DNA of 64,000 bases, taken from Candidatus Fermentibacteraceae bacterium. Lineage in GTDB: Bacteria > Fermentibacterota > Fermentibacteria > Fermentibacterales > JCC-6. The DNA lies in contig JBGSZS010000004.1 in the NCBI GenBank assembly GCA_041750285.1, positions 224,001 to 288,000 on the forward strand, in the 5' to 3' direction. How positions within the stretch are numbered: position 1 is the first letter of the stretch; each line of letters opens with the position of its first letter. Position numbers and translations under genes: made by a program. The notes under the pieces are model-generated. The model saw only the letters and a list, made by a program, of their open reading frames with translations, was not told where the DNA came from and ran no database searches. This document shows, in pieces, positions 55,123 through 64,000 of this stretch.

Positions 55123-56042
55123 GTTCCTTTTCAGGCAGAAGCATCATCTCCCTGAGGGACATGTCGGTTTCAGAGCTCTGGCGGATCGTGGAGGTATCGG
55201 GGGAGGTAAAATCGGGAAAGCACCCCGGTCTCCTCTCCGGACTGGCGGTTGCATCTCTGTTCTTCGAGCCGTCGACACGCACCAGGCTCAGCTTTGAATC
55301 CGCAGTACTGAAGGGGGGCGGGACCGTTTTCGGCTTCGCCGATCCCGGTTCATCATCGCAGAAGAAGGGCGAGTCTTTCGCGGACAGCGTCAGGACTGTC
55401 ACAGGTTACTGCGACGCCATGGTCATAAGGCATCCTGTCGAGGGTGCCGCGAGACTGGCTTCCGAGCTGTCATCCGTCCCGGTCATCAACGCAGGCGACG
55501 GCTCCAATCAGCACCCAACCCAGACATTCCTCGACCTTTTCACGATCTTCGAAAGCGTCGGAAGGCTGGAAGGTCTTTGCGTGGGCCTGATGGGTGATCT
55601 CAAGTACGGCCGCACCGTCCACTCCCTCGCCCATGCAATGGCCCTTTTCGGCGCCAGGATGGTTTTCATCTCCCCCTCTTCCCTGGCCATGCCTCCCCAT
55701 GTTCTCACTGAACTTGCCGAGTCGGGAGTATCTTTCAGGATAGTCTCCTCACCGGAAGAGGCGCAGGACTCCGAGATGGATGTCCTTTACGTCACCAGGA
55801 TACAGAAGGAGCGTTTCGGCGATCCTCAGGAGTATGAGAGCGTCGCCCACAGCTACAGGGTCACACGTGAAACGGTGGCCGTCCTGGGTGACTCCATCAG
55901 GATCATGCACCCGCTTCCACGGGTAGACGAGATAGCCGAGGAGGTCGATTCCCTTCCCAACGCCATCTACTTCCGCCAGGCCCACAACGGGATCCCCACC
56001 CGTCAGGCGCTGCTGGGGCTGGTTACCGGAGGAATCTCATGA
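55119..56042 (+). CDS. pyrB: Aspartate carbamoyltransferase catalytic subunit
   Basis: FFEPSTRTRLSFE, KKGES, INAGDGSNQHPTQT, GDLKYGRTVHSL, YVTRIQKERF, MHPLPR. Confidence 0.97.
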   Translation: MSSFSGRSIISLRDMSVSELWRIVEVSGEVKSGKHPGLLSGLAVASLFFEPSTRTRLSFESAVLKGGGTVFGFADPGSSSQKKGESFADSVRTVTGYCDAMVIRHPVEGAARLASELSSVPVINAGDGSNQHPTQTFLDLFTIFESVGRLEGLCVGLMGDLKYGRTVHSLAHAMALFGARMVFISPSSLAMPPHVLTELAESGVSFRIVSSPEEAQDSEMDVLYVTRIQKERFGDPQEYESVAHSYRVTRETVAVLGDSIRIMHPLPRVDEIAEEVDSLPNAIYFRQAHNGIPTRQALLGLVTGGIS

Positions 56043-56506
56043 GCGACAGGGTTTACAAGGTTTACGCCATCGAAAACGGAACCGTGATCGACCACATCCC
56101 CACCCCCATGGCGCTGAAGGTCGTTGAGATACTCGGCATAGGGAGTGGCGGGGTCTTCACCATCGGAGTCGGGTTCCAGTCCAAGAGGCTTCCGGGAGGA
56201 AAGGACATCCTCAAGATCGAGAACAGGGTCCTCTCCAGAAACGAGACCGACATAATCTCCCTCATCGCGCCGAACGCAACCATCAACATCATCAGGGAGG
56301 GCAGGGTTCAGGAGAAAAGGCGCATATCACTCCCCGAATCCATCACCGGGGTCATGCTGTGCCCCAATCCAAACTGCGCCACGAACATGCTCGGCGCCCA
56401 GCGCAGGTTCCGCCTCGAAAACCGAAGCCAGGTTACGTACAGGTGCCAGTACTGTGAACGGGTTACGGGCATAGTGAGCGAAAACCTGGTCAGCCCGGAA
56501 AAATGA
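56039..56506 (+). CDS. pyrI: Aspartate carbamoyltransferase regulatory subunit
   Basis: AIENGTVIDHI, KDILKIE, APNATINII, CPNPNC, RCQYCE. Confidence 0.95.
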   Translation: MSDRVYKVYAIENGTVIDHIPTPMALKVVEILGIGSGGVFTIGVGFQSKRLPGGKDILKIENRVLSRNETDIISLIAPNATINIIREGRVQEKRRISLPESITGVMLCPNPNCATNMLGAQRRFRLENRSQVTYRCQYCERVTGIVSENLVSPEK

Positions 56507-57990
56507 GCGCCAGAACTGCCCTGCCGTGGCTTTTGTGCTTCGGGGTGGCGGCTTCCCTTGCACTGATCTGGTTCGGGTCGGTGCCCCTTTTCGGCGATGA
56601 GATAGGATACGGCTACTCAGCCGCCAGCTGGATCGCACGCAACTCGCTTGCCCTGGTTCCGGCCGGCACCGGGAGGGGTGAGATGGGCCAGGGGCATCCC
56701 GCCATGTTCCTCTGGCTTTGGGCCCTGTTGATGCGCGTTTTCGGCGATACGCTTGCGACGGCGCGGATACTTCCCACAATCGCTGCGGGTTTCGGCCTTC
56801 TGGGCACATATGGATTGGGAAGGGAGCTCTCCGGTTCGGCGAGAGTCGGTACAATGGCCGCGCTCGGCCTTCTGGCGAGCCCCCTGTTCCTCGCACAGGC
56901 ATTCCGAGCCCTGCCGGACACGGCCCACATGGCGGCCATTGCCTGGGCAACCGTTTTCTATATCAGGGGCAGGCGCCTGAAGGCCGCCCTCCTGATTGCC
57001 CTTGCAGCTGTCTTTCGCCAGCCCGGGCTGATACTCGCGGCGGCATTTTTCCTTACGGACCTTCTTTCCACAAGGAAGCTGCGGCCGGGGCTGCTGATAT
57101 GGCTGTTACCCCTGGCGGTGCCGCTGGTCAACGGCCTGATGCACCTCTCGGTGAACGGCTTTTTCGTTTTTCCGCAGTACCTGGGAGCGAGCTCTCCCGA
57201 ACTCCATCCGAACTGGCTCACCGAGAGGATTCGCCTGTTCTCCGGTCATCTCCTCGGCGAGGACTTCCGCTGGTTTCCCATCTCCGCTGCCCTGGCGTAT
57301 TCCTTCCATCGCGCGGGACGAAGACCGGGAATCGGCTTCATTGCCGCACTGGCGCTGCCGGCCCTGCTGCACCCCCCCAGCAGGCTCGCTGTGACAGCGG
57401 GGTTCCTCCTGCTTCTCGGCGTTCTGCTGCTTGTCGAAAGAAGGCCGCCCAGGGCAGCAGTGACGGCCCAGATCCTCTTCATAGGCCTGATCGTTGCATT
57501 CCACATTCTGCTCGTGGCCGTGGGACCCGATCCGTTCCTCAACCTTTTCCGTTACGTACTGGGAACCTATCCTCCGCTGATGGCCCTTCTTGCAACGGCT
57601 CTACAGAAGGCCGGGAAAGCGGTTTCATCGTTCATATGGATCCTGTTCTGCGTTGCTTCGGCGACGTGCATCACCGCGGTCAGACACCCCTGGCAGCCCG
57701 ACGCAACGGTTGCCGGTCTTCTCGAAGCAAGGGCGGTGCGTTCCGCGCTGGCATCGGTGGAGAACCCCGTCCATCCCGACGACAGGATAGTGACCAACCC
57801 GGCCCTCGGGTATGTTGACGAGCCGCTGGTAACCGGGCAGTCCGGCGTGATCAACCTGATAATCCTGACCGCCGACAACCACTTGTGCCGGGATCTCCTG
57901 CCCCGGGGGTACGTTTTCACCGGCAACACGAACTACAGGTGGGCGCTTGGAGGGCTCTCGGTCACGGCTCACGAGGCCCGTCCTCAGTGA
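56503..57990 (+). CDS. GT-C fold membrane glycosyltransferase (ArnT/PMT family 39-like)
   Basis: First-loop DE (FGDEIGY), GHP, FG...ARI, SPLF, many TMs, RY motif. Confidence 0.7.
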   Translation: MSARTALPWLLCFGVAASLALIWFGSVPLFGDEIGYGYSAASWIARNSLALVPAGTGRGEMGQGHPAMFLWLWALLMRVFGDTLATARILPTIAAGFGLLGTYGLGRELSGSARVGTMAALGLLASPLFLAQAFRALPDTAHMAAIAWATVFYIRGRRLKAALLIALAAVFRQPGLILAAAFFLTDLLSTRKLRPGLLIWLLPLAVPLVNGLMHLSVNGFFVFPQYLGASSPELHPNWLTERIRLFSGHLLGEDFRWFPISAALAYSFHRAGRRPGIGFIAALALPALLHPPSRLAVTAGFLLLLGVLLLVERRPPRAAVTAQILFIGLIVAFHILLVAVGPDPFLNLFRYVLGTYPPLMALLATALQKAGKAVSSFIWILFCVASATCITAVRHPWQPDATVAGLLEARAVRSALASVENPVHPDDRIVTNPALGYVDEPLVTGQSGVINLIILTADNHLCRDLLPRGYVFTGNTNYRWALGGLSVTAHEARPQ

Positions 57991-59384
57991 GGTGCACCCT
58001 TCTCCACCCGCCAAGACCCGGTTCCAGCAACACCGTTCCGCCCATCGGCCTGCTGATCCTCGCCGCGGTACTCGAAGAGCACGGGCATGAGGTTACCCTG
58101 GTGGACGCCGCCCTCACCGGGGTCACCGGCTCCTCCCTCGTGCGCAAGGTTCTGGATTCCGGGCCCGGAGCCCTTCTGATAACTGCCTTCTCCAGCGATG
58201 TCTCTGTTCTGCGGGTGGAACTGCCGAAGCTCAGGCTTGCCCTCGGGCCGGTCCCCTTCCTTCTGGGAGGGCCGCATGCGTCCTGCCGCGGAACCGCCTC
58301 CTTCGACGACCTTCCCGAGGTTGACGCCATCTTTCTTGGCGAGGCGGAAGAGACCCTCCCCCGGTTTCTGTCCGGAGAAGCCTCTCGGATACCCGGAGTG
58401 GTGAGCAGAAACGATCCCTGGCAGACCGAACCGGTCCACCTCAATGATCTTTCCCTGCTCCCGACCCCGGCATGGCATCACGCACCCCCGGAAAGGTACA
58501 GGGGGCTCCCGAACGGCGTGGTGCTCAAAAGGCTGCCCTTCGCCCCCATTATCACAACAAGGGGATGTCCGTACCTTTGCACGTTCTGCGCGGGATTCCG
58601 CATCACAGGCAGAAAGATAAGGCACAGGCCGCTTTCAAGGGTCTGGGACGAGATCGGGCTGCTCGTGGACCGGTTCGGGGTTCGCGAGATCCACATCGAG
58701 GACGACAACTTCACCTTCGAAGCCGACTACGCGAAGCAGTTCTGCCGGGAAGCCCTTGCCAGGAACCTTCCGGTGTGTTTTTCTACACCCAACGGCGTGA
58801 GGCTCGACAGCCTCGACGACGAACTGCTCGACCTGATGAAGCGTGCCGGATGGTACGTTGTCCACTGCGGGATCGAGTCAGGGTCCGACAGGGTTCTCAG
58901 GTCCGTCCGGAAGGCTCTTTCCACATCTCTCATCGCAGAGAAGATAGCCATGATAAAAAAGCATGGGCTGCCGGTTGCGGGGTACTTCATCATCGGGCTT
59001 CCGGGGGAGACCAGGGAAGACATTGAAAGAACCATTTCCTTCTCCCTCTCATCCGGACTCGATTGGGCCCAGTTCGCGAACTTCCTTCCCATACCGGGCT
59101 CCGAGGCGGGAGCGAACTGGTTCGACGCCTGCGAGAAGCCCGAACTGGTCTGGAGCGTTTTTCACAATACGAGCTGCCCCGCCCCCCCTTCAGGTCTTTC
59201 CGCACGCGAGGTACTCAGGCTTCAGAGAAAGGCCTTTCTGCGATTCTACCTCCGGGGCCGTCAGCTCGCGGGCGTGCTTCGTCAACTCGTGAGACCGGGA
59301 GTCCTGCCGTTCATGACACGAAGGTTCCTCGCCTATCTGCACCTGCGCCCCTCCGCTGTTGACCCCCCATCGCGTCTGAAGTAG
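57987..59384 (+). CDS. Cobalamin-binding radical SAM protein (class B methyltransferase-like)
   Basis: PPIGLLILAA, GGPHAS, GEAE, TRGCPYLCTFC, EDDNFT, GIESGS, FIIGLPGET, PIPGS. Confidence 0.9.
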   Translation: MRCTLLHPPRPGSSNTVPPIGLLILAAVLEEHGHEVTLVDAALTGVTGSSLVRKVLDSGPGALLITAFSSDVSVLRVELPKLRLALGPVPFLLGGPHASCRGTASFDDLPEVDAIFLGEAEETLPRFLSGEASRIPGVVSRNDPWQTEPVHLNDLSLLPTPAWHHAPPERYRGLPNGVVLKRLPFAPIITTRGCPYLCTFCAGFRITGRKIRHRPLSRVWDEIGLLVDRFGVREIHIEDDNFTFEADYAKQFCREALARNLPVCFSTPNGVRLDSLDDELLDLMKRAGWYVVHCGIESGSDRVLRSVRKALSTSLIAEKIAMIKKHGLPVAGYFIIGLPGETREDIERTISFSLSSGLDWAQFANFLPIPGSEAGANWFDACEKPELVWSVFHNTSCPAPPSGLSAREVLRLQRKAFLRFYLRGRQLAGVLRQLVRPGVLPFMTRRFLAYLHLRPSAVDPPSRLK

Positions 59385-59393
59385 CTTCGAAGC

Positions 59394-60092
59394 ATGATTC
59401 AAGGCAAATCCGTAACCCTTGTGATCCCCGCCCACAACGAGGAGGAGGGGTTGCCCTGCGTTCTGGGGGCCGTGCCCGGCTGCGTCGACGAAGTCGTGGT
59501 GGTTGACAACTGCTCCACCGACAAAACCGCCGAGGTTGCCAGGGGGTTCGGCTGCACCGTTGTGTACCAGCCTGAAAAAGGTTACGGAAGCGCGTACATG
59601 GCCGGGTTTGCGGCGGTCAGGACAGATCTTGTGACAACGGCCGACGCCGACGGGACATATCCGGTCAACATGATACCCGACCTTGCGAAGGTGCTTCTCG
59701 AAGACGACCTCCATTTCATAAGCGCCCGCAGGCGTCCCGATGATCACGCCGGAACGGTTAACAGCACACTTCGTTTCACGGGTAACTTCATTCTCTCGGC
59801 AGCCACAGTGGTGCTCTTCCAGAGGATGATCCTCGACAGCCAGTCCGGCATGTGGATTTTCAGAAGGGAGATCCTCGACGGCATAACCCTTACCAGCAGG
59901 GGTATGGCGCTGTCCGAGGAGTTCAAGATCAGGGCCTGGACAAAACCGGGGCTCCGCTGCCGCGAGGTCGACATCCCATTCAGCTATTCCGAGAGGATGG
60001 GAAAACCCAAACTCAACCTCTGGAGGGACGGCGCCAGGAACCTTCTGTTCCTTCTCGCCCTCAGGTTCGGCATTCCCATGACAAAGGCCTGA
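59394..60092 (+). CDS. GT2 family glycosyltransferase (polyprenol-phosphate sugar synthase-like)
   Basis: VIPAHNEE, VVDNCSTDKT, KGYG, DADG, DSQSG, R.G.PKL...RDG. Confidence 0.88.
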   Translation: MIQGKSVTLVIPAHNEEEGLPCVLGAVPGCVDEVVVVDNCSTDKTAEVARGFGCTVVYQPEKGYGSAYMAGFAAVRTDLVTTADADGTYPVNMIPDLAKVLLEDDLHFISARRRPDDHAGTVNSTLRFTGNFILSAATVVLFQRMILDSQSGMWIFRREILDGITLTSRGMALSEEFKIRAWTKPGLRCREVDIPFSYSERMGKPKLNLWRDGARNLLFLLALRFGIPMTKA

Positions 60093-60117
60093 CGCGAAGG
60101 GCCTGACACCGGAATAC

Positions 60118-60152
60118 AAAAAAGCGAAGGGGCGGGCAGATGCCCGCCCCTT
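60118..60152. terminator. Rho-independent terminator between convergent genes
   Basis: AAGGGGCGGGCA-GA-TGCCCGCCCCTT inverted repeat with upstream A6. Confidence 0.7.
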
Positions 60153-60172
60153 GAACGTTGTGGTCTAGGTGG

Positions 60173-61999
60173 TCAGTTGATGACCGTCAGCCTGTGGGCG
60201 GCGATGCCGTCAGGGCCGGTCATGACCACGGCGTACACGCCCGCGGGGAGGCCGCCGACTATCGCGGAGTAGCTTCCCTGCTGGATCTCGCCGCTCTGCA
60301 GGACCCTTACCGCCCTTCCGGCGGAGTCGAACAGCGTCACATTCACCGAACCGCCGGCAGGAACGCTCCAGGAAACCGTGAAGGCTCCGCTTACGGGGTT
60401 GCCCTGTGGCAGCCAGATCAGCCTTTCGTCGAGGGGTTCGACCGAACCCTCCCCAACGCTGTAGGGGTCCCAGACTATCGAGATGTCTTTCAGAGAGGGC
60501 GTGATGTTGGGGTTCGAAGTTGAAAGCTCTGTCTGGTACTGAATGTACCGGCCACCCTGTGCCACGACCTGGGCAAGGCTTCCGCCGGTTGTGAGCCAGG
60601 CGCTCCAGGGGCCCATGTCGCTGGAGGAATATGAAGTTCTCAGCCTGACCTTGATGCTGGTGCCCGTGGGTGTGACCTGGCTCCAGGCGACGTAGTCCCA
60701 CCTGTTGTTGCCAGGTACGGGAGGGTTCACGTCGAGGATGGACGATGTCAGGATGGCGGGCGTGTTGAAACCGCCGATACGCCACCAGCTGATCTTGTTG
60801 CCGGTTTCGGCGCACCCCATCACGTCGGGCACGCCATCGCCGTTCATGTCGCCCACCGAAACGCCTCTGGCTCCGGCGAAATACGTTGACACGTCGTAGC
60901 GCACCCAGGGCTGGCTGAGCTTCAGGAAGTTCTTGAACCAGTAGATCCGGTTGGCATCGCGGCACGCCACTATCACGTCGGGCGAGCCGTCGCCGTCCAT
61001 GTCGGCGGCATCGATTGAGCGAAGACCGGGTGCCGTGCCTTCGATGGAGTTCATTGTCCAGGTTGTGCCGCTGACGTGGTTGTACCAGCGGAGACTGCCG
61101 TTCCCCGAACCGCTTCCAACGACGATGTCGAGCTTGCCGTCGTCGTTGACATCGGCAACCGCAACGGCCCTGGCGCCCGTGAACGTGCCGACCTCGTGCT
61201 GGGCCCAGCTGAAGCCCCATGGGTTCTGGGAGAAGTAGGCAACGACCCTTCCTGTGCTGAAGCTCACCGCGGCGATATCAGGATGGCCGTCGTTGTTGAA
61301 GTCGCCCACATCGCAGGCGTAACCGCCGAGGAGGGCGCCGTCGATGTAGTTTATGGCCCAGGTGTTGCCGGAGTTGGTGTTCCTCCACCAGACAACGTCG
61401 CCGCTTTCGTACGACACGCCGACGACGTCCTGATTGCCGTCGCCGTCAACGTCGGCGCAATTGATCTGCCGGGCGTCGAAGTTCTGGGCGACGGTGATGG
61501 GCATCGACCATGCGCCGCCTCCGCCGTTGTTCCTGAACCAGACGACCTTGTTCTGATCCGCGCTGGATGCGACTATGTCGCGGAGACCGTCGTCGTTCAT
61601 GTCGCCCACCGAAACGAACTGAGCCTGGCTGAGGGTGCCGACCGTCTGGTGGGACCAGGTGGTGCCCAAACCGTTGACGTTGCGGGACCAGTAGACGGCG
61701 CCGGTGCCGTAGCTGCAGTAGGCCGCGTCGAGGTCGCCGTCGACGTCCATGTCGTTCGCAATGACGTAGTAGGGGGATGTGACCGGTGTTGCTATGGTGT
61801 TCTCGCTGCGGTTGACTATCAGCTTCAACTGGCCTGGTTCGGTGTCCCAGTCCATTGCGTCGCTGATGTAGAACCTGTCACCCCAGGTGGAGACGGGGCC
61901 GTAGATTCCGGGGCCGCCGCTCCAGTCCGTCTGAGTGGCGCTTTCGGCGTAAACTGCTGCGGTGCAGAGAAGCATGGCCAGAACAATGAATATCCTCAT
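60173..61999 (-). CDS. FG-GAP/VCBS repeat protein with T9SS-like C-terminal domain
   Basis: Signal peptide; seven DxDxDGxxD Ca-binding repeats; C-terminal GNP...LFDSAGRAVR...GVYAV. Confidence 0.85.
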   Translation of the reverse strand: MRIFIVLAMLLCTAAVYAESATQTDWSGGPGIYGPVSTWGDRFYISDAMDWDTEPGQLKLIVNRSENTIATPVTSPYYVIANDMDVDGDLDAAYCSYGTGAVYWSRNVNGLGTTWSHQTVGTLSQAQFVSVGDMNDDGLRDIVASSADQNKVVWFRNNGGGGAWSMPITVAQNFDARQINCADVDGDGNQDVVGVSYESGDVVWWRNTNSGNTWAINYIDGALLGGYACDVGDFNNDGHPDIAAVSFSTGRVVAYFSQNPWGFSWAQHEVGTFTGARAVAVADVNDDGKLDIVVGSGSGNGSLRWYNHVSGTTWTMNSIEGTAPGLRSIDAADMDGDGSPDVIVACRDANRIYWFKNFLKLSQPWVRYDVSTYFAGARGVSVGDMNGDGVPDVMGCAETGNKISWWRIGGFNTPAILTSSILDVNPPVPGNNRWDYVAWSQVTPTGTSIKVRLRTSYSSSDMGPWSAWLTTGGSLAQVVAQGGRYIQYQTELSTSNPNITPSLKDISIVWDPYSVGEGSVEPLDERLIWLPQGNPVSGAFTVSWSVPAGGSVNVTLFDSAGRAVRVLQSGEIQQGSYSAIVGGLPAGVYAVVMTGPDGIAAHRLTVIN

Positions 62000-62044
62000 A
62001 ATTCCCCAACCCTCCAGTTTTGGGTATACCACTGCGGAAAACAA

Positions 62045-62626
62045 CTAATCGTTTTTGGGGACTCTGTCAATACCCTTTGGCTCAGTAATTCCGGGCCTGC
62101 TGCAGTACCTGTCCCTCTCGCTGAAAACACAACCGCAATAGGGTTGCCTGTACAGCCCGAGCGACCTCGACAGGTGCACGGAATCCCTGTAGCGGGGACG
62201 ACAGTCGATGTAGACGAAATCAACTCCGTAAGCGTTCCCTGCCTCCATTCCCGCTCTCCGTATCAGTTCCTGATCCTGATAGGGGCTTACGGACAGGGTG
62301 GTTCCAAAAGCGTTGAAACCCTGCCGGGAAGCAAGCCGCGCGGCTGCGGTCAGCCTCTCGGCGAAACAGGCCGCACAACGCGGGTTTTGCGAGAGCAGCA
62401 GTGCCACGTTTTCCTCGAGGGGATAATCGGGATCGGTGATGAGCGGTATTCCCTGCAGCACGGCCCAATCCTCCAGTGTGCGCAGCCTTCTCTGGAACTC
62501 CATATAGGGATGAACGTTGGGGTTGTGGAAGTAGAGCGTCGGCTGATGTCCCGCAGCGTCGTACTCTTCCACAGTCACAGTCGCGCACGGAGCGCAGCAG
62601 GCGTGCAGCAGCAGTCCGCCTTTCAC
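62045..62626 (-). CDS. queH: Epoxyqueuosine reductase QueH
   Basis: LLLHACCAPC, NPNVHP..E..RR, RCAAC..RL, TTL.VSPYQ, LYRQPYCGCVFS. Confidence 0.92.
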   Translation of the reverse strand: MKGGLLLHACCAPCATVTVEEYDAAGHQPTLYFHNPNVHPYMEFQRRLRTLEDWAVLQGIPLITDPDYPLEENVALLLSQNPRCAACFAERLTAAARLASRQGFNAFGTTLSVSPYQDQELIRRAGMEAGNAYGVDFVYIDCRPRYRDSVHLSRSLGLYRQPYCGCVFSERDRYCSRPGITEPKGIDRVPKND

Positions 62627-63639
62627 AGGGGAAGCCTCTCGTCCGGTGTTCCCGGGTATCCCAGATGCCTGCAGGCCTTTGCCGTGGCAACCCTCCCCCT
62701 GCTGGTGCGGTTCAGAAAACCCTCGGCAAGAAGGAAGGGTTCGACCATGTCGATGAGGGTGTCCCGCTCTTCGTTCAGTGTTGCCGCAATGGCGCTGACC
62801 CCTACCGGACCGCCGTTGTACTGCCTGATCACGGCCTGCAGATACCTTCTGTCAAGCGGATCGAGGCCGGCCTCGTCAACCCCGTTCAGGTCCATGGCCT
62901 CAAGGCTTGTCAGCTCGTCCACGCTTTCCCTGCGGGCAACCTGGGCATAATCACGGATCCTCCGCAGAAGCCTGTTGGCGATCCTCGGGGTTCCCCTGGC
63001 CCTCATGGCGATGGCTCGCGATGCTTCCGGTGTGAGCGGAATGCCGAGTATCGACGCGGACCTGCCAACGATCGTCGAAAGGTCGTCAACGGAATAGAAC
63101 TCGAGGTGAAGCGAGAGCCCGAAGCGATCCCGCAGCGGGCCCGTGAGAAGCCCCGCACGCGTCGTGGCTCCGACAACCGTGAAACGGGCCAGTTCCAGCC
63201 GCACCGAACGTGCGTGCGGACCGGGTTCGATGATGAAGTCTATCCCGAAATCCTCCATACCGGGGTAGAGGTACTCCTCGACTATCCTCGGAAGCCTGTG
63301 GATCTCGTCGATGAAAAGCACCGTTCCCTGGCGGAGATTGGTCAGGATGCCTACCAGATCGGCCGCCCTCTCCAGTGCCGGTCCGGAGGTGACGACTATC
63401 TCGCAGTTCATCTCCGCGGCTATCACATGGGCCATGGTGGTCTTGCCAAGCCCCGGGGGGCCGTGGAGCAGGATGTGATCGAGCGGCTCGTTCCTCTCCC
63501 TGGCGGCCTGCACGGCGACGCGCAGGTTGTCGACGACCATTCCCTGACCGATGTAGTCGCAGAACTTCAAGGGTCTGAGGCTGGCGAACTCCCTCTCCTC
63601 GCCGGGTGCCGCATCCCCGGTAACTATGGATTCCCTCAT
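62623..63639 (-). CDS. ruvB: Holliday junction branch migration helicase RuvB
   Basis: LRP, GPPGLGKTT, TSGP, FIDEIHRL, GATTRAG, LRDRFG, RGTPRIANRLLRR, EPFL, RTSRGR. Confidence 0.97.
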   Translation of the reverse strand: MRESIVTGDAAPGEEREFASLRPLKFCDYIGQGMVVDNLRVAVQAARERNEPLDHILLHGPPGLGKTTMAHVIAAEMNCEIVVTSGPALERAADLVGILTNLRQGTVLFIDEIHRLPRIVEEYLYPGMEDFGIDFIIEPGPHARSVRLELARFTVVGATTRAGLLTGPLRDRFGLSLHLEFYSVDDLSTIVGRSASILGIPLTPEASRAIAMRARGTPRIANRLLRRIRDYAQVARRESVDELTSLEAMDLNGVDEAGLDPLDRRYLQAVIRQYNGGPVGVSAIAATLNEERDTLIDMVEPFLLAEGFLNRTSRGRVATAKACRHLGYPGTPDERLPL

Positions 63640-64000
63640 CCCGTGCTCCCGTTCCTTGCCCTGATCCTCATGCACGCCTTGAGAATGTCCTGGGTGCCGG
63701 CGGAGTCTCCGGTCTCCTCGACGGCCCTGGAAACAAGCAGTGCGGCCTGGTCACCGGGAATGCCCAGCTGCTTCAGGACAAGCATGACCTCGGTCCTGCT
63801 GCCGCTGCATGATTCATCGCCCCTGAATTCCTGGGCTGTGGCAGCCATGAGCTCCTGAAGTTTGGCGACGATCTGTTTCGCCCGGGCAGCGCCTATTCCC
63901 GGAAGCGCCTTCAAAAAAGCCAGATCTCCCCTTGAGATGGCTGCCGCCACGTCACGGGGGGGGTGGCAGAGCGCTCTGGCGGCTGCCCTGACCCCAACGC
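63636..64000 (-). CDS. ruvA: Holliday junction branch migration protein RuvA, 5'-truncated by window edge
   Basis: AISRGD...LKALPGIGAARAKQIV..L HhH motif; C-terminal L.QLG domain III; directly upstream of ruvB. Confidence 0.85.
   Translation of the reverse strand, partial: VGVRAAARALCHPPRDVAAAISRGDLAFLKALPGIGAARAKQIVAKLQELMAATAQEFRGDESCSGSRTEVMLVLKQLGIPGDQAALLVSRAVEETGDSAGTQDILKACMRIRARNGSTG

Noticed and set aside
61076..62950. Long + strand ORF (624 aa) and similar antisense ORFs (3349-5136, 9848-11308, 26611-27894, 30289-31476, 47533-48816, 62476-63858)
   Set aside because: Shadow ORFs opposite well-supported genes in GC-rich DNA, with no recognisable motifs
1..64000. CRISPR arrays, IS elements, prophage, reverse transcriptase/DGR, rRNA
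   Set aside because: No spaced direct-repeat arrays, transposase, integrase, RT or phage structural motifs found by eye

Overview
A gene-dense, GC-rich bacterial chromosomal segment with about 65 CDS and one tRNA-Thr(CGT). I see no rRNA, CRISPR array, transposase, integrase or prophage. Two secreted proteins carry T9SS/FlgD-Ig-like C-terminal domains (a gingipain-like C25 peptidase and an FG-GAP protein), and another ends in a 'TWAGIKSSF' tail. From recalled family features, this suggests an anaerobic, peptide-fermenting FCB-group organism such as Ca. Fermentibacteria (inference, not verified). Recognisable content: glyA, a CoA-disulfide reductase/rhodanese/TusA/DsrE fusion, a decaying MNT-HEPN toxin-antitoxin pair, a stand-alone rpsD, tricorn protease, a sigma-70 factor, gmhA, coaD, rsmD, a type IV pilus pilMNOPQ-type operon, glgC, a DUF2089 operon, a divergent YchF, tRNA-Thr-glmM-glmS, an ArsR/SmtB metal-efflux unit with its operator, pepD, pepT, pyrBI, a glycosyltransferase/B12 radical-SAM cluster, queH and ruvAB. 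The most unusual observations are: (1) a remodelled pilus operon with a PilM-PilN fusion, an inserted lipoprotein and a 461-aa PilP with a large extra domain, facing a divergent RHH-like gene; (2) a full-length LeuC/aconitase-family protein lacking all three Fe-S cysteines and several catalytic residues; (3) a candidate alternative C-terminal sorting tag; (4) a cation antiporter coupled to an EIIA-PII-like fusion. All calls come from reading motifs by eye; no searches were run, and many start codons were re-picked from Shine-Dalgarno and motif context.
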